The notes under the pieces were generated by a model. The model searched no databases, was not told where the DNA came from, and saw only the letters and a program-made list of their open reading frames with translations. Made by a program: the position numbers and the translations under genes. Shown in pieces: positions 43,106 to 54,276 of a DNA stretch of 64,000 nt. The stretch lies in assembly GCF_988242995.1 (NCBI RefSeq), contig NZ_OZ547043.1. One strand, written 5' to 3'. Each line of letters starts with the position of its first letter. Within the stretch, counting starts at the first letter, position 1.

Positions 43106-44482
43106 TTACGGGGTCGCTCGCGGACGGGAGGACTGCATTGGAATCGCCCAGATAATCCCCGCACCAATCACCAGCAGCGCGGCAACAAACCACAATCCAC
43201 TGTTAAAGCTGCCGGTCAAATCTTTCAACCAGCCGATCATAAACGGACTTAACGCTGAACCAATGTTGCCAGTGGCGTTGATCACCGCAATACCGATCGC
43301 TCGTGCCCGCAGGCTGATGGACTGATCCGGTGTTGTCCAGAAAATCGCCATTGCGCTGAATGATCCGGTCGAAGCCATAATGATCCCCAGCATCTGGATC
43401 ATGTTGTGATCAGTTGCCGAAGCCAGTAACCAACCTGCGGCAGCGAACAAATAAGGAAGGGCGGTGTGATGCCTTCGTTCCTGGCGGCGATCTGAGTGAC
43501 GGCTCCAGTAGACCATCCCGAGAATGGTACAAATCTGCGGTACGGCGGCCAGCAGGCCGATGGTGATATTACTGCTGCCCTGATTAAAACTTTGCAGGAT
43601 CTGCGGTGTCCAGATGCTGATCGCACTAAGTGTGTTGGTCAGGCAGAAATACGCCAGGGTATACATCATCACCACCGGAGTGAAGATCTCCCGCCACATA
43701 CTGCGTTGTTGCATGGCGTGGTGGCTGATGGCTCCCTCTGGCTGAACCAGCGTCAGACGATCGTTATCCATCATCTCTTGCAGGCATTTTTTGTCTTCTT
43801 TCGTCAGCCACTTAGCTTTGTCCGGTGAGTCATCAAGCCAGAACCACACCATGACGCCGAGTAATACCGACGGGAAGCCTTCCAGCAAAAACAGCCACTG
43901 CCAGCCTTTTAATGCCATGACGCCATCCAGCGACAAAATGTAGCCGGAAACGATCGAGCCCAACGCTGTCGTTACCGGCATTGCTACCATAAACAAGGCG
44001 TTGGCACGGGCGCGGAAATAGGCCGGAAACCAGAAGGTTAAATACAGCAGAATACCAGGCAGAAAGCCGGCTTCGGTAATGCCAACCAGTATACGCAGTA
44101 CGTACAAGCTGGTGGGGCCAGTGGCAAACATGGTGGCAGTAGAGGCGATGCCCCAGAGCACCATGATGGTGGCGATCCAGCGCCGCGCACCGACAATACT
44201 CAGCATAATGTTGCTGGGAATGCCGAAGATGACATAAGCGGCATAGAACAGGGTGGTAGCGAGGCCAAACATGGTGGCGCTCAGACCGAGGTCGCGTCCC
44301 ATCGTGAGTCCGGCAAAGCCGATGTTGATGCGATCAAGGAACGAGAAGATAAACAGCACGAACAGAAAGACGATCAGGCGGCGAAACAGCTTCTTAATAA
44401 CCGCCTGTTGTCCGGCAGTCAGCGCTTTATGCTGATTCGCCGGATCGATACTCTCCGGTATGGCAGGTGAGGTGTCGCTCAT
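43106..44482 (-). CDS. hpaX: 4-hydroxyphenylacetate MFS transporter HpaX
   Basis: Start at internal ATG 44482 (GAGGAAG Shine-Dalgarno) gives 458 aa; MFS topology. Confidence 0.85.
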   Translation of the reverse strand: MSDTSPAIPESIDPANQHKALTAGQQAVIKKLFRRLIVFLFVLFIFSFLDRINIGFAGLTMGRDLGLSATMFGLATTLFYAAYVIFGIPSNIMLSIVGARRWIATIMVLWGIASTATMFATGPTSLYVLRILVGITEAGFLPGILLYLTFWFPAYFRARANALFMVAMPVTTALGSIVSGYILSLDGVMALKGWQWLFLLEGFPSVLLGVMVWFWLDDSPDKAKWLTKEDKKCLQEMMDNDRLTLVQPEGAISHHAMQQRSMWREIFTPVVMMYTLAYFCLTNTLSAISIWTPQILQSFNQGSSNITIGLLAAVPQICTILGMVYWSRHSDRRQERRHHTALPYLFAAAGWLLASATDHNMIQMLGIIMASTGSFSAMAIFWTTPDQSISLRARAIGIAVINATGNIGSALSPFMIGWLKDLTGSFNSGLWFVAALLVIGAGIIWAIPMQSSRPRATP

Positions 44483-44503
44483 TTTTCTTCCTCTAATGGG
44501 ATT

Positions 44504-44656
<153 letters not shown>

Positions 44657-45445
44657 TTAATACACGCCGGGCTTAACGGTCGTGGCCTGTGCGCCAAACC
44701 GTGCTGCCAGCGCTTCAGCGGCGCGGGCGAGCAGGGTGGTGTCAACGCCGACGGCGACAAACAGCGCGCCCAGTTCCAGATAGCGTTTTGCCAGTTGCTC
44801 ATTGGCGATCAGGATCCCCGGCGCTTTGCCCGCTTCGCGGATCTGCACGATCGCCTGCTCAATCGCGGCCTGTACTTCCGGGTGCTGTGGATTACCGGCA
44901 TAACCCATATCGGCGCTCAGATCCGCCGGGCCGATAAACACGCCGTCGACCCCTTCCACGTCCAGAATCTGCGGTAAGTTCTTCATTGCCTCACGCGTTT
45001 CGATCTGCACCAGCACGCACATTTGATCGTTGGCTTTTTGCAGGTAATCAGGAATACGATTCCAGCGCGAGGCTCGGGCCAGCGCACTGCCCACACCGCG
45101 AATACCGGCGGGGGGATAACGGGTGGCGCGTACCGCTTCACGGGCTTCGTCAGCGTTTTGTACCATCGGCACCAGCAAGGTTTGTGTGCCGACGTCCAGC
45201 AGTTGTTTGATTTGCACCGGATCGTTCCACGACGGACGTACCACCGGCTGGCTGGGGTAGGGCGCAATCGCCTGTAGCTGGGTGAGCACGGTTTGCACGT
45301 TATTCGGCGCGTGCTCACCGTCGATCAATAACCAGTCGAATCCTGCTCCGGCCAGTAACTCTGCGCTGTAGCTGCTACTCAGCCCCAGCCATAATCCGAT
45401 CTGCGGGCGGCCTGCTTTCAGCGCCGCTTTAAAACTGTTTTCCAT
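44657..45445 (-). CDS. hpaI: 2,4-dihydroxyhept-2-ene-1,7-dioate aldolase HpaI
   Basis: Start at internal ATG 45445 (AAGGAGAG Shine-Dalgarno) gives 262 aa ([21 protein letters not shown]...); HpcH/HpaI aldolase family; this removes the apparent overlap with hpaH. Confidence 0.85.
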   Translation of the reverse strand: MENSFKAALKAGRPQIGLWLGLSSSYSAELLAGAGFDWLLIDGEHAPNNVQTVLTQLQAIAPYPSQPVVRPSWNDPVQIKQLLDVGTQTLLVPMVQNADEAREAVRATRYPPAGIRGVGSALARASRWNRIPDYLQKANDQMCVLVQIETREAMKNLPQILDVEGVDGVFIGPADLSADMGYAGNPQHPEVQAAIEQAIVQIREAGKAPGILIANEQLAKRYLELGALFVAVGVDTTLLARAAEALAARFGAQATTVKPGVY

Positions 45446-45455
45446 CGTTCTCTCC

Positions 45456-46259
45456 TTAAACAAAGCGGCAGCTAATGGAGCCCATGTTGCCGTAATCGAC
45501 GTGGAAGGTGTCGCCCTTACGCGCCGGAACCGGGCGGGTGAACGAACCGCCGAGAATGATTTGCCCGGCTTCCAGTTGTACGTCATACGGTGCGAGTTTG
45601 TTCGCCAGCCAGGCCACGCCGTTTGCCGGATGATTCAGCACACCAGCGGCGACGCCGGTTTCTTCAATCACGCCATTGCGATACATCAGGGCGGAGATCC
45701 AACGTAGATCCAACTCATCGGGCTTAATGGGACGACCACCGAGGATCACCCCGGCATTGGCGGCGTTATCAGAAATGGTGTCGAACACTTTACGCGGGCG
45801 CTGGGTTTCCGGATCGATGTTGTGGCAGCGAGCGTCGATCAGCTCCAGCGCCGGGATCACATAGTCCGTGGCGTTGTAGACGTCGAACAGCGTGCAGTTT
45901 GGCCCACGCAGCGGTTTTGCCAGCACGAAAGCCAGCTCCACTTCAATGCGCGGCACGATAAAGCGATCGGTCGGGATATCGCTGCCATCGTGGAAGAACA
46001 TGTCATCCAGCAGGGCACCGTAATCCGGCTCGCTGATTTGTGAGCTGGCCTGCATCGCTTTCGAGGTCAGGCCGATTTTGTGGCCTTTCAGCGTGCGACC
46101 TTCGGCGATTTTCAGTCGAACCCATTCACGCTGCACCGCGTAAGCGTCTTCGATGGTGATCTCCGGGTAATCCAGCGAGATCGCGCGGATCTGTTCGCGC
46201 TGTTTTTCTGCCTGATCCAGACGCTGGGCGATCAGGGTGTGGGTGTGTTTATCGAACAT
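45456..46259 (-). CDS. hpaH: 2-oxo-hept-3-ene-1,7-dioate hydratase HpaH
   Basis: Start at internal ATG 46259 gives 267 aa ([20 protein letters not shown]...); hydratase/decarboxylase family. Confidence 0.85.
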   Translation of the reverse strand: MFDKHTHTLIAQRLDQAEKQREQIRAISLDYPEITIEDAYAVQREWVRLKIAEGRTLKGHKIGLTSKAMQASSQISEPDYGALLDDMFFHDGSDIPTDRFIVPRIEVELAFVLAKPLRGPNCTLFDVYNATDYVIPALELIDARCHNIDPETQRPRKVFDTISDNAANAGVILGGRPIKPDELDLRWISALMYRNGVIEETGVAAGVLNHPANGVAWLANKLAPYDVQLEAGQIILGGSFTRPVPARKGDTFHVDYGNMGSISCRFV

Positions 46260-46278
46260 AGCGATATCCTGTGGCATT

Positions 46279-46362
46279 GCCGGATGCGGCTGCGCCTTAT
46301 CCGGCCTACGGTGTACGGTTTGGGGTTTTGTAGGCCCGGTAAGCGCAGCGCCACCGGGCAAT
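46279..46362. repeat. REP pair between hpaH and hpaF
   Basis: GCCGGATGCGGCTGCGCCTTATCCGGCCTAC followed by GTAGGCCCGGTAAGCGCAGCGCCACCGGGCAAT. Confidence 0.65.
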
Positions 46363-46369
46363 CTGCGCG

Positions 46370-46750
46370 CTACTTAAACAATGCGTGCACGTTGTTTTGT
46401 TTAAAATTCAGCGTCGGATGCAGCTCTTCAATCTCAAACGACAACGCCAGCAGGCGGCTCTCCATCAGGGCGGCGAAGTGCGTTTTAATCAGTTCAAACA
46501 GCATTTCACCCGCCTGCTGACGGCTTTCCAGGCTGCGACCTGCGCCGATTTTCAACGTCATATGCACGAAGGCATAATCACGCTGCCCGTCGGCCATCTG
46601 CCAGGTATCGACCCAATGCACGCGGCTGCGAATACCCGCCAGCGGAAAAATACCCGTGGCTGCCAGCGTCGGATTCACTTTGGCGAACAACCCCGGCAGG
46701 TCGGCTTCTTCGCGGATGTTGTCACTGCATTCAACGATAAAGTGCGGCAT
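46370..46750 (-). CDS. hpaF: 5-carboxymethyl-2-hydroxymuconate isomerase HpaF
   Basis: 126-aa ORF ([22 protein letters not shown]...); TAG stop. Confidence 0.85.
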   Translation of the reverse strand: MPHFIVECSDNIREEADLPGLFAKVNPTLAATGIFPLAGIRSRVHWVDTWQMADGQRDYAFVHMTLKIGAGRSLESRQQAGEMLFELIKTHFAALMESRLLALSFEIEELHPTLNFKQNNVHALFK

Positions 46751-46759
46751 AAAACGTCC

Positions 46760-47611
46760 TTACGCGGGAAGCGGGAAAACAGCGTTAACCTGACCGGTGC
46801 CAGAGCTTGGGAATAGCTCGGTGATAAACTCCACCTTGCCGTCGTATTTATCCCAGCCGAGCATCCCCAGCAGCATCACCGTGTCGTGCATATTGCCTTC
46901 GCCGTAGCAGTAGTCGGCGTACTCCGGCAGCATATTGCAGAACTCTTTGAACTGGCCTTCGCGCCACAGCTTCACCACGCGCTCATCCATCTGGCGGTCG
47001 AACTCGCGGGTGTAGCTGTTCATCCCTTCTTCCGCTCGCTGATCGTCAATAAAGCGGTGCGATAACGAACCGCTGGCAAGGACCGCCACGGTGCCGTCGT
47101 ACTGTTCGATCGCTTTCAGAATCGCCTCGCCCAGCTTGCGGCTGTCGGCAAAATCGTGAACAGTGCAGAAAGCTGAAATGGAAACCACTTTGAAGTGCTT
47201 GTCTTCATTCATGTAGCGCATTGGCACCAGCGTGCCGTATTCCAGTTTCAGGCTGGGAATGTTGTGCGCTTTTGCCCGCACGCCGAGCTTTAAGGCTTCA
47301 TCGGCAATAAGCTGCCCCAACTCCGGGTTGCCCTCGTAGTTGTAGGTCATATCGCGGATAAAATGCGGCAGCTCGTTGCTGGTGTAGACGCCTTCAAAAT
47401 GGTCTGCACAGTTGATGTGATAAGCACTGTTGACCAGCCAGTGGGTATCGAAAACGATAATGGTATCGACGCCCATTTCCCGGCAACGCTTGCTGATCTC
47501 TTTATGCCCGTCGATCGCGCCCTGGCGGCAACCGTGGTTTTTCCCTGGCAGTTCAGAGAGATACATCGACGGTACGTGCGTGATCTTGGCGGCTAACGCT
47601 AACTTACCCAT
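46760..47611 (-). CDS. hpaD: 3,4-dihydroxyphenylacetate (homoprotocatechuate) 2,3-dioxygenase HpaD
   Basis: 283-aa ORF; extradiol dioxygenase family; synteny inside the hpa meta-cleavage operon. Confidence 0.9.
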   Translation of the reverse strand: MGKLALAAKITHVPSMYLSELPGKNHGCRQGAIDGHKEISKRCREMGVDTIIVFDTHWLVNSAYHINCADHFEGVYTSNELPHFIRDMTYNYEGNPELGQLIADEALKLGVRAKAHNIPSLKLEYGTLVPMRYMNEDKHFKVVSISAFCTVHDFADSRKLGEAILKAIEQYDGTVAVLASGSLSHRFIDDQRAEEGMNSYTREFDRQMDERVVKLWREGQFKEFCNMLPEYADYCYGEGNMHDTVMLLGMLGWDKYDGKVEFITELFPSSGTGQVNAVFPLPA

Positions 47612-47612
47612 A

Positions 47613-49079
47613 TCAGACTCCCCATTTCGGAATTGGATGGTCGCCCATGGAAATGCAGACGTTCTTCATTTCCGCGAACACTTCGAAGCTGTACTCACCG
47701 CCTTCACGCCCGGTGCCGGAGGCTTTTACGCCGCCAAATGGCTGGCGCAGGTCACGCACGTTCTGGGTGTTGACGAACACCATGCCAGCTTCAATGCCAC
47801 GCGCCAGGCGTAACACTTTGCTGACATCCTGTGTCCAGATGTACGACGCGAGGCCGTACTCCACGTCGTTTGCCAGACGTAAGCCTTCGGCTTCGTCTTT
47901 AAACGGCAGCAGGCAGGCGACCGGCCCGAAAATCTCTTCCTGGGCGACTCGCATACGGTTATCAACGTCTGCCAGCACGGTTGGGCGCAGGAAGTTGCCG
48001 CCTTTCAGGTGCGCAGGCAGGTCGGACGGTTTATCCGGGCCGCCCGCCAGCAGGGTTGCGCCTTCTTCAATGCCGAGACGGATATAGCCGGAGACTTTTT
48101 CCCAGTGCTGCTGGCTGATAAGCGCGCCAACCTGGGTATTCGGATCGTTCGGATCGCCCACGCGCAGACGGTTGGCGCGTTCGGCAAAGCGTTTAACGAA
48201 TTCCGGGTAGATGCTTTGCTGAATAAAGATGCGCGAACCGGCGGTGCAGCGTTCGCCGTTGATCGAGAAGATGGTGAACAGGGCGGCGTCCAGCGCGCGT
48301 TCAATATCAGCATCTTCAAAAATCAGCACCGGCGATTTACCGCCCAGTTCCATGGAGTATTTTTTCAGCCCGGCGTTTTTCATGATGTTGCGCCCGGTCG
48401 CCGTACCGCCGGTGAACGACACGGCACGCACGTCATGATGACGGACCAGCGCATCGCCTGCGGTTGCGCCGTAGCCCTGTACCACGTTCAGCACGCCCGC
48501 CGGAATACCAGCTTCCAGCGCCAGCTCACCCAGGCGGTCGGCGGTCAGCGGGGAGAGTTCCGACATTTTCAGTACCGCGGTATTGCCCAGCGCCAGACAC
48601 GGCGCGACCTTCCAGGTGGCGGTCATAAACGGCACGTTCCACGGTGACACCAGTGCACAAACGCCTACCGGCTGCACCAGCGTGTAGTTGAGCATCTTGT
48701 CGTCGACCGGATAAGTCTTGCCGTTCATCTGCTGGCAGACTTCCGCGAAAAATTCAAAGTTGTGAGAAGCGCGTGGGATCAACACATTTTTGGTCTGATG
48801 GATCGGCAGGCCCGTGTCCGCGGTTTCCATCGCGGCGATCTCCGGCACGTTCTGGTCGATCAGATCGCCCAGACGGCGCATCAGGCGCGCGCGCTCTTTC
48901 ATCGGCAGATTGGCCCATTTCGGGAACGCCTCTTTCGCTGCCGCTACCGCCTGATTGATCTCCGCTTCACCGCCGGAGGCCACATCCGCCAGCACTTCAC
49001 CCGTTGCCGGATTGGTAGTCTGGAAGTAGTCGTTACCTGCAACATTTTTACCGTTGATCCAATGATTTACTTTTTTCAT
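47613..49079 (-). CDS. hpaE: 5-carboxymethyl-2-hydroxymuconate semialdehyde dehydrogenase HpaE
   Basis: 488-aa ORF; aldehyde dehydrogenase family with catalytic Cys/Glu regions; start overlaps the hpaG stop (ATGA). Confidence 0.9.
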   Translation of the reverse strand: MKKVNHWINGKNVAGNDYFQTTNPATGEVLADVASGGEAEINQAVAAAKEAFPKWANLPMKERARLMRRLGDLIDQNVPEIAAMETADTGLPIHQTKNVLIPRASHNFEFFAEVCQQMNGKTYPVDDKMLNYTLVQPVGVCALVSPWNVPFMTATWKVAPCLALGNTAVLKMSELSPLTADRLGELALEAGIPAGVLNVVQGYGATAGDALVRHHDVRAVSFTGGTATGRNIMKNAGLKKYSMELGGKSPVLIFEDADIERALDAALFTIFSINGERCTAGSRIFIQQSIYPEFVKRFAERANRLRVGDPNDPNTQVGALISQQHWEKVSGYIRLGIEEGATLLAGGPDKPSDLPAHLKGGNFLRPTVLADVDNRMRVAQEEIFGPVACLLPFKDEAEGLRLANDVEYGLASYIWTQDVSKVLRLARGIEAGMVFVNTQNVRDLRQPFGGVKASGTGREGGEYSFEVFAEMKNVCISMGDHPIPKWGV

Positions 49080-50365
49080 TTCGCTGTTTCCTCACTCACA
49101 ATTCGGTTCACCAGGCGGCCCACGCCTTCTACTTCCACCACCACTTCATCGCCAGGCACCACGTCAGATAAGCCTTTTGGTGTGCCGGTGGCGATCATGT
49201 CGCCCGGATTCAGGGTCATAAATTCGCTTAAGTAGGCGATCAGGAAGGACACGCTGAAGATCAGATCGGCGGTGGTGCCTTGCTGGCGTAACTCGCCGTT
49301 GACGAAGGTGCGAAGGGTCAGATTATGCGGGTCCGGGATCGCCTCTTTCGGCACGATGGTTGAAAGCATCGGCGTCAGTCCGTCGCGGCTTTTGACCCGC
49401 AGGTTAGGGCGGTAGTAGTTTTCCAGATAGTCGCGAATGGCGTAGTCGTTACACACGGTGTAGCCCGCGACATAATCCATGGCATCGGCTTCGCTGACGT
49501 TACGCGCCTGTTTGCCAATAACTACCACCAGCTCCGCTTCATAGTGCATGTATTCAATATTGTTTGGACGCACGGAGGTCTGGTTATCGCCAGTGAGGGT
49601 ATTTGGCGCTTTCAGGAACACCAGCGGTTCTTCCGGTGGCTTAAATTCCAGTTCGCTGGCGTGGTCGGCGTAGTTCAGGCCGAGGGCAAACAGCGTGCCG
49701 TGCGGGTGTGGCTGCGTTGGGAAGCTCTTGCGCGTGGTCACTTCACGTTCGTCCACTACCGGATTTTCCAGCGGCGGGAAACCTTCTGCGAGAACACGAA
49801 CGCGATCGCCTGGCTGTATTTCCACGCGCGCCTGTGGCGTGCCGAGCAGAATGGCGTCGCCTGGATTCAGCGTGGCAAATTCGCTCAGGGCGCTCAGCAA
49901 CTGCGCGGCGTTACGTTGTAAATCGGCGGTATTCCAGTGATCGGCAGGACGCCCGTTGATCTCGGTATAGATGGTCAGATTATCGACATTGCTGAGAGCC
50001 ACGGTTTCGCCAATGGGGCAGAATCCATCACGACATTTTGCTTTGATTGCCGGGCGGTAAAAGCTCTCTTCCGGCAGGCTGACGTCGTTAGCCAGCGCAT
50101 ATCCGGCGATGTACTCTGCCGCATCTTCTTCACGTACTTTCGTCGCCGTTTTTCCCACAATCAGCGCAACAGTCGCACCGCTCAGTACCTTTTCACCCTG
50201 TGGAAAGGGAATCGGTTCACCGCAACCAATCACCGTATTGCGCGGTTTAATAAACCAGACCGCAGTTTTAGGCGGGGCTTTGTAGGGGGATTGCTGGAAC
50301 GCTTCCTGCCATGCATCAAGTTGGCTGCGATGGTTCAACGCTACGGCGAAGATAGTGCCTTTCAT
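49076..50365 (-). CDS. hpaG: Bifunctional isomerase/decarboxylase HpaG (duplicated FAH-fold)
   Basis: Start at ATG 50365 (GAGGAG Shine-Dalgarno) gives 429 aa (MKGTIFAVALNHRSQLDAWQ...); internally duplicated sequence. Confidence 0.9.
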   Translation of the reverse strand: MKGTIFAVALNHRSQLDAWQEAFQQSPYKAPPKTAVWFIKPRNTVIGCGEPIPFPQGEKVLSGATVALIVGKTATKVREEDAAEYIAGYALANDVSLPEESFYRPAIKAKCRDGFCPIGETVALSNVDNLTIYTEINGRPADHWNTADLQRNAAQLLSALSEFATLNPGDAILLGTPQARVEIQPGDRVRVLAEGFPPLENPVVDEREVTTRKSFPTQPHPHGTLFALGLNYADHASELEFKPPEEPLVFLKAPNTLTGDNQTSVRPNNIEYMHYEAELVVVIGKQARNVSEADAMDYVAGYTVCNDYAIRDYLENYYRPNLRVKSRDGLTPMLSTIVPKEAIPDPHNLTLRTFVNGELRQQGTTADLIFSVSFLIAYLSEFMTLNPGDMIATGTPKGLSDVVPGDEVVVEVEGVGRLVNRIVSEETAK

Positions 50366-50390
50366 TACCACTCCTCGGATTCGATCATTT

Positions 50391-50414
50391 TAATCATTAA
50401 TATGTTAATGATTA
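50391..50414. promoter_or_regulatory. Perfect inverted repeat in the hpaG-hpaR intergenic region; candidate HpaR operator
   Basis: TAATCATTAA-tatg-TTAATGATTA (10-bp arms, 4-bp spacer) about 26 nt upstream of the hpaG start; a related half-site (ATTAATGATT) lies near the hpaR start. Confidence 0.5.
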
Positions 50415-50636
50415 CTTTTATTCCCGATTGCGTAGTTTGGCAAAAGTAAGTGATGTAAATGTGATCTAATTAACAAACTATTTACATTTAAAGATAATAA
50501 AATATTAAATATCAGCAAGTTAACAAAACATGCTCAATTTTGATAAAATGAAGAATTGCAGGGGCAGCGCAGTCCCGGTAACGTGATGATTAACTGTTTC
50601 TATATTAATGATTTTGAATTTTTCAGGGGAAAGATA

Positions 50637-51083
50637 ATGCACGACTCTCTAACCATTGCGTTGCTCCAGGCGCGAGAAGCGGCGATGAGTTATTTTCGCC
50701 CAATCGTTAAACGGCATAATTTGACTGAGCAACAGTGGCGCATCGTGCGTATTCTGGCGGAAAGCCCATCAATGGATTTTCACGATCTGGCGTATCGCGC
50801 CTGCATTTTGCGCCCAAGCCTGACCGGGATCCTTACGCGGATGGAACGCGACGGTTTAGTGTTGCGATTAAAGCCGATCAATGATCAGCGGAAGCTCTAT
50901 ATCTCGCTAACCAAAGAGGGGCAGGCGCTGTATAACCGCGCTCAGACACAGATTGAAGAAGCCTATCGGCAGATTGAAGCTCAGTTTACTGCCGAGAAAA
51001 TGCAACAGTTAACCCATCTGTTAGAGGAATTTATTGCTCTGGGCAATTCCCGACAAGAAGCCATCCCGGGCGATAATGAATAA
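50637..51083 (+). CDS. hpaR: MarR-family repressor HpaR of the hpa meta operon
   Basis: Start at ATG 50637 (AGGGGAAAG Shine-Dalgarno) gives 148 aa (MHDSLTIALLQAREAAMSYFRPIVKRHNLTEQQWRIVRILAESP...); MarR winged HTH. Confidence 0.85.
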   Translation: MHDSLTIALLQAREAAMSYFRPIVKRHNLTEQQWRIVRILAESPSMDFHDLAYRACILRPSLTGILTRMERDGLVLRLKPINDQRKLYISLTKEGQALYNRAQTQIEEAYRQIEAQFTAEKMQQLTHLLEEFIALGNSRQEAIPGDNE

Positions 51084-51144
51084 CTTTTTAGTATCTGATA
51101 ACCAGCGCCTGGTTTTTCCATGGATGGCGGGTTACACCTTTTCA

Positions 51145-51171
51145 TAAAGTTTTTGCTTTCCAGGCCGAAAA
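51145..51171 (+). promoter_or_regulatory. Sigma-28 (FliA) class III flagellar/chemotaxis promoter of tsr
   Basis: TAAAGTTT, 11-nt spacer, GCCGAAAA: a near-perfect match to the sigma-28 consensus TAAAGTTT-N11-GCCGATAA, about 30 nt upstream of the tsr ATG. Confidence 0.65.
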
Positions 51172-51201
51172 TCTTGCATCGGTCCACAGGAAAGAGAAAC
51201 C

Positions 51202-52866
51202 ATGTTAAAACGTATCAAGATCGTGACCAGCTTACTGCTGGTTTTGGCCGTTTTTGGCCTTTTACAACTGACATCAGGCGGTCTGTTCTTTAATGCCTTA
51301 AAGAATGACAAAGAAAATTTCACTGTTTTACAAACCATTCGCCAGCAGCAATCCACGCTGAATGGCAGCTGGGTCGCGTTGTTGCAGACGCGTAACACCC
51401 TCAACCGCGCGGGTATCCGCTACATGATGGATCAGAATAATATTGGTAGCGGTTCAACCGTTGCTGAGCTGATGCAGAGTGCCAGTATTTCGCTGAAACA
51501 GGCGGAAAAAAACTGGGCGGATTACGAAGCGTTGCCGCGTGACCCGCGTCAGAGCACCGCCGCAGCGGCAGAGATCAAACGTAATTACGATATTTATCAC
51601 AATGCGCTGGCGGAGCTGATCCAACTGTTAGGTGCAGGCAAAATCAACGAGTTCTTTGATCAGCCGACCCAGGGATATCAAGACGGTTTCGAGAAGCAGT
51701 ATGTGGCTTACATGGAGCAAAACGATCGGCTCTATGATATCGCCGTCAGCGATAACAATGCCTCCTACAGCCAGGCGATGTGGATTCTGGTGGGCGTGAT
51801 GATCGTCGTACTGGCGGTCATCTTCGCCGTCTGGTTCGGTATTAAAGCCTCGCTGGTAGCGCCAATGAATCGCCTGATTGACAGCATCCGTCATATTGCA
51901 GGCGGCGATCTGGTGAAACCGATTGAGGTGGATGGCTCTAATGAGATGGGGCAACTGGCAGAGAGTTTGCGCCATATGCAGGGAGAGCTGATGCGTACCG
52001 TCGGTGATGTGCGCAACGGGGCCAATGCCATCTATAGCGGTGCCAGCGAAATCGCTACCGGCAATAACGATCTCTCTTCGCGCACCGAGCAACAGGCCGC
52101 TTCGCTGGAAGAGACGGCAGCCAGCATGGAGCAACTGACCGCAACGGTGAAACAGAACGCCGAGAATGCGCGCCAGGCCAGCCATCTGGCGTTAAGTGCT
52201 TCTGAAACGGCGCAACGCGGCGGCAAAGTGGTAGATAACGTGGTGCAGACTATGCGCGATATCTCCACCAGTTCGCAGAAAATCGCCGATATTATCAGCG
52301 TAATTGACGGCATTGCCTTCCAGACCAATATTCTGGCTTTGAACGCGGCGGTTGAAGCAGCGCGTGCGGGTGAGCAAGGGCGCGGTTTTGCGGTGGTTGC
52401 GGGAGAAGTGCGTAATCTGGCCCAGCGTAGCGCTCAGGCGGCTCGTGAAATTAAAAGCCTGATTGAAGACTCGGTGGGGAAAGTGGATGTTGGCTCTACG
52501 CTGGTCGAAAGCGCCGGGGAAACAATGGCGGAGATTGTCAGCGCCGTGACCCGCGTGACGGACATTATGGGCGAAATTGCTTCTGCTTCTGATGAGCAGA
52601 GCCGTGGTATCGATCAGGTTGGCTTAGCGGTTGCTGAGATGGACCGGGTAACTCAACAGAACGCCGCGCTGGTGGAAGAATCTGCCGCTGCCGCCGCCGC
52701 GCTGGAAGAGCAGGCCAGTCGCCTGACCGAAGCTGTGGCAGTGTTCCGGATTCAGCAACAGCAGCAACAGCAGCGTGAAACATCGGCTGTGGTAAAAACC
52801 GTGACGCCAGCTGCGCCGCGTAAAATGGCCGTGGCAGATAGCGAGGAGAACTGGGAAACATTTTAA
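51202..52866 (+). CDS. tsr: Serine chemoreceptor Tsr (methyl-accepting chemotaxis protein I)
   Basis: 554-aa ORF; two TM segments, HAMP, conserved MCP signalling domain, C-terminal NWETF pentapeptide; sigma-28 promoter upstream. Confidence 0.95.
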   Translation: MLKRIKIVTSLLLVLAVFGLLQLTSGGLFFNALKNDKENFTVLQTIRQQQSTLNGSWVALLQTRNTLNRAGIRYMMDQNNIGSGSTVAELMQSASISLKQAEKNWADYEALPRDPRQSTAAAAEIKRNYDIYHNALAELIQLLGAGKINEFFDQPTQGYQDGFEKQYVAYMEQNDRLYDIAVSDNNASYSQAMWILVGVMIVVLAVIFAVWFGIKASLVAPMNRLIDSIRHIAGGDLVKPIEVDGSNEMGQLAESLRHMQGELMRTVGDVRNGANAIYSGASEIATGNNDLSSRTEQQAASLEETAASMEQLTATVKQNAENARQASHLALSASETAQRGGKVVDNVVQTMRDISTSSQKIADIISVIDGIAFQTNILALNAAVEAARAGEQGRGFAVVAGEVRNLAQRSAQAAREIKSLIEDSVGKVDVGSTLVESAGETMAEIVSAVTRVTDIMGEIASASDEQSRGIDQVGLAVAEMDRVTQQNAALVEESAAAAAALEEQASRLTEAVAVFRIQQQQQQQRETSAVVKTVTPAAPRKMAVADSEENWETF

Positions 52867-52877
52867 TCGCCATGAAA

Positions 52878-52907
52878 ATGCCCGATAAGCAAAATGTTAT
52901 CGGGCAT
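52878..52907. terminator. Stem-loop between convergent tsr and lgoT; possible bidirectional terminator
   Basis: 11-bp stem ATGCCCGATAA / TTATCGGGCAT with an 8-nt loop, 12 nt after the tsr stop and 8 nt after the lgoT stop. Confidence 0.5.
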
Positions 52908-52914
52908 AAGGAGA

Positions 52915-54276
52915 TTAATCTTTACGTGGGTCGTTGATCGGCTGACGAACCAGGAAGATGTACGCCAGTGCCCCCGCTGCGGTGACGCAACCGCAGATGA
53001 TTAGTGCCAGACGGAATGAGTGGGTGGTATCAACAATAAAACCAGTAATGATCGGCGCAAAAGAGGCGCAGATGAAGCTGGCAAAGTTCTGGATACTGCC
53101 CACCGACGCAGTCATGCGAGAAGCAACTGCGACGTGGATCAAGCCCCAGCAGGATGTTCCGGCAAAGTGAATACAGAACAGTGCCATGCCAATCAGCAGA
53201 ACCGCCGTCATGGATGTTGTCGCTTGTGGTACTATCAGCGTAAAGGCGGCAGAACAGAACATCCCGGCAATAATGCAGATCTTACGGCTTTTAATCGGAG
53301 CCATTCCCCCTTTGACCAGCCAGTCAGTAACGTAACCGTTGACCAGCATCCCGGCAGCCCCAAACAGGAAAGGGATAGCCGCCATCAACCCTGTGCTTTT
53401 TAAATCCAGGTTATAGGCTGTTTGCAGGTAACCAGGAAGCCAGGCCAGATACAGCCACGCAGTGTAGTTGATGCCACTGAATCCGAGCATCATTCCCCAC
53501 ATTGTACGGTTACGGAACAGGCTGCGCCATTCGGCAAAACTGAGCGGATCTCGGCGGGCATTGACGCTACCTGCATTGAGATAAGCTTGTTCAACGGCAG
53601 TCAGTTCTACGTGCTCGCGGTTGCGATAGAGCATATACCAGCCGATGGCGAGAAAAATCCCCAGTACACCAATGGTAATAAACATCCCGCGCCAGCCCAT
53701 CACCAGCATCATCGCCGCCAGAATCGGTGGGCTTACGGCAACGCCAATGGTAGAAGCTGCGTTGAAGAAGCCCATCGGGCGTCCGCGCTCTTTGATGTTG
53801 AACCAGTCGTTAATGACTTTTACACCGCATGGGTTCATCGGCGCTTCACCAATCCCCATACCGATACGCACCAACACGAACTGCGTAAAGTTGTGCACCA
53901 TGCCAGACATTGCCTGGAACAGTGACCAGAAGAACATCCCCAGTCCCAGCATCAGGCGTGGGCCTTTACGATCCAATAGTGGGCCGCAAGGAAGTTGCGC
54001 AATCCCGTAAGCGAGTGAAAACACGGAGAGCAAAGCGCCGATTTCGGTGGCACTTAATCCCAATTCTTCACGAATCGTTAAATTTGCTACCGACAGCGAA
54101 CTGCGGTCGAGATAATTGATTACCGCCGCAAAAAATAATAACAACATGGCGGTGGTTTGAATGCGTTTAATTCGGGTACTGCGTTGAACTAATCCATCTG
54201 GTGGCACGGGAATATCTGCCGACGAAGATGGAGTAAATGAAGAACGCGGATCGAGGGTGATATTTTCTTTTTCCAC
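52915..54276 (-). CDS. lgoT: MFS transporter LgoT (YjjL), probable L-galactonate/H+ symporter
   Basis: 453-aa ORF; MFS anion:cation symporter-like; synteny with lgoR and lgoD. Confidence 0.85.
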   Translation of the reverse strand: MEKENITLDPRSSFTPSSSADIPVPPDGLVQRSTRIKRIQTTAMLLLFFAAVINYLDRSSLSVANLTIREELGLSATEIGALLSVFSLAYGIAQLPCGPLLDRKGPRLMLGLGMFFWSLFQAMSGMVHNFTQFVLVRIGMGIGEAPMNPCGVKVINDWFNIKERGRPMGFFNAASTIGVAVSPPILAAMMLVMGWRGMFITIGVLGIFLAIGWYMLYRNREHVELTAVEQAYLNAGSVNARRDPLSFAEWRSLFRNRTMWGMMLGFSGINYTAWLYLAWLPGYLQTAYNLDLKSTGLMAAIPFLFGAAGMLVNGYVTDWLVKGGMAPIKSRKICIIAGMFCSAAFTLIVPQATTSMTAVLLIGMALFCIHFAGTSCWGLIHVAVASRMTASVGSIQNFASFICASFAPIITGFIVDTTHSFRLALIICGCVTAAGALAYIFLVRQPINDPRKD

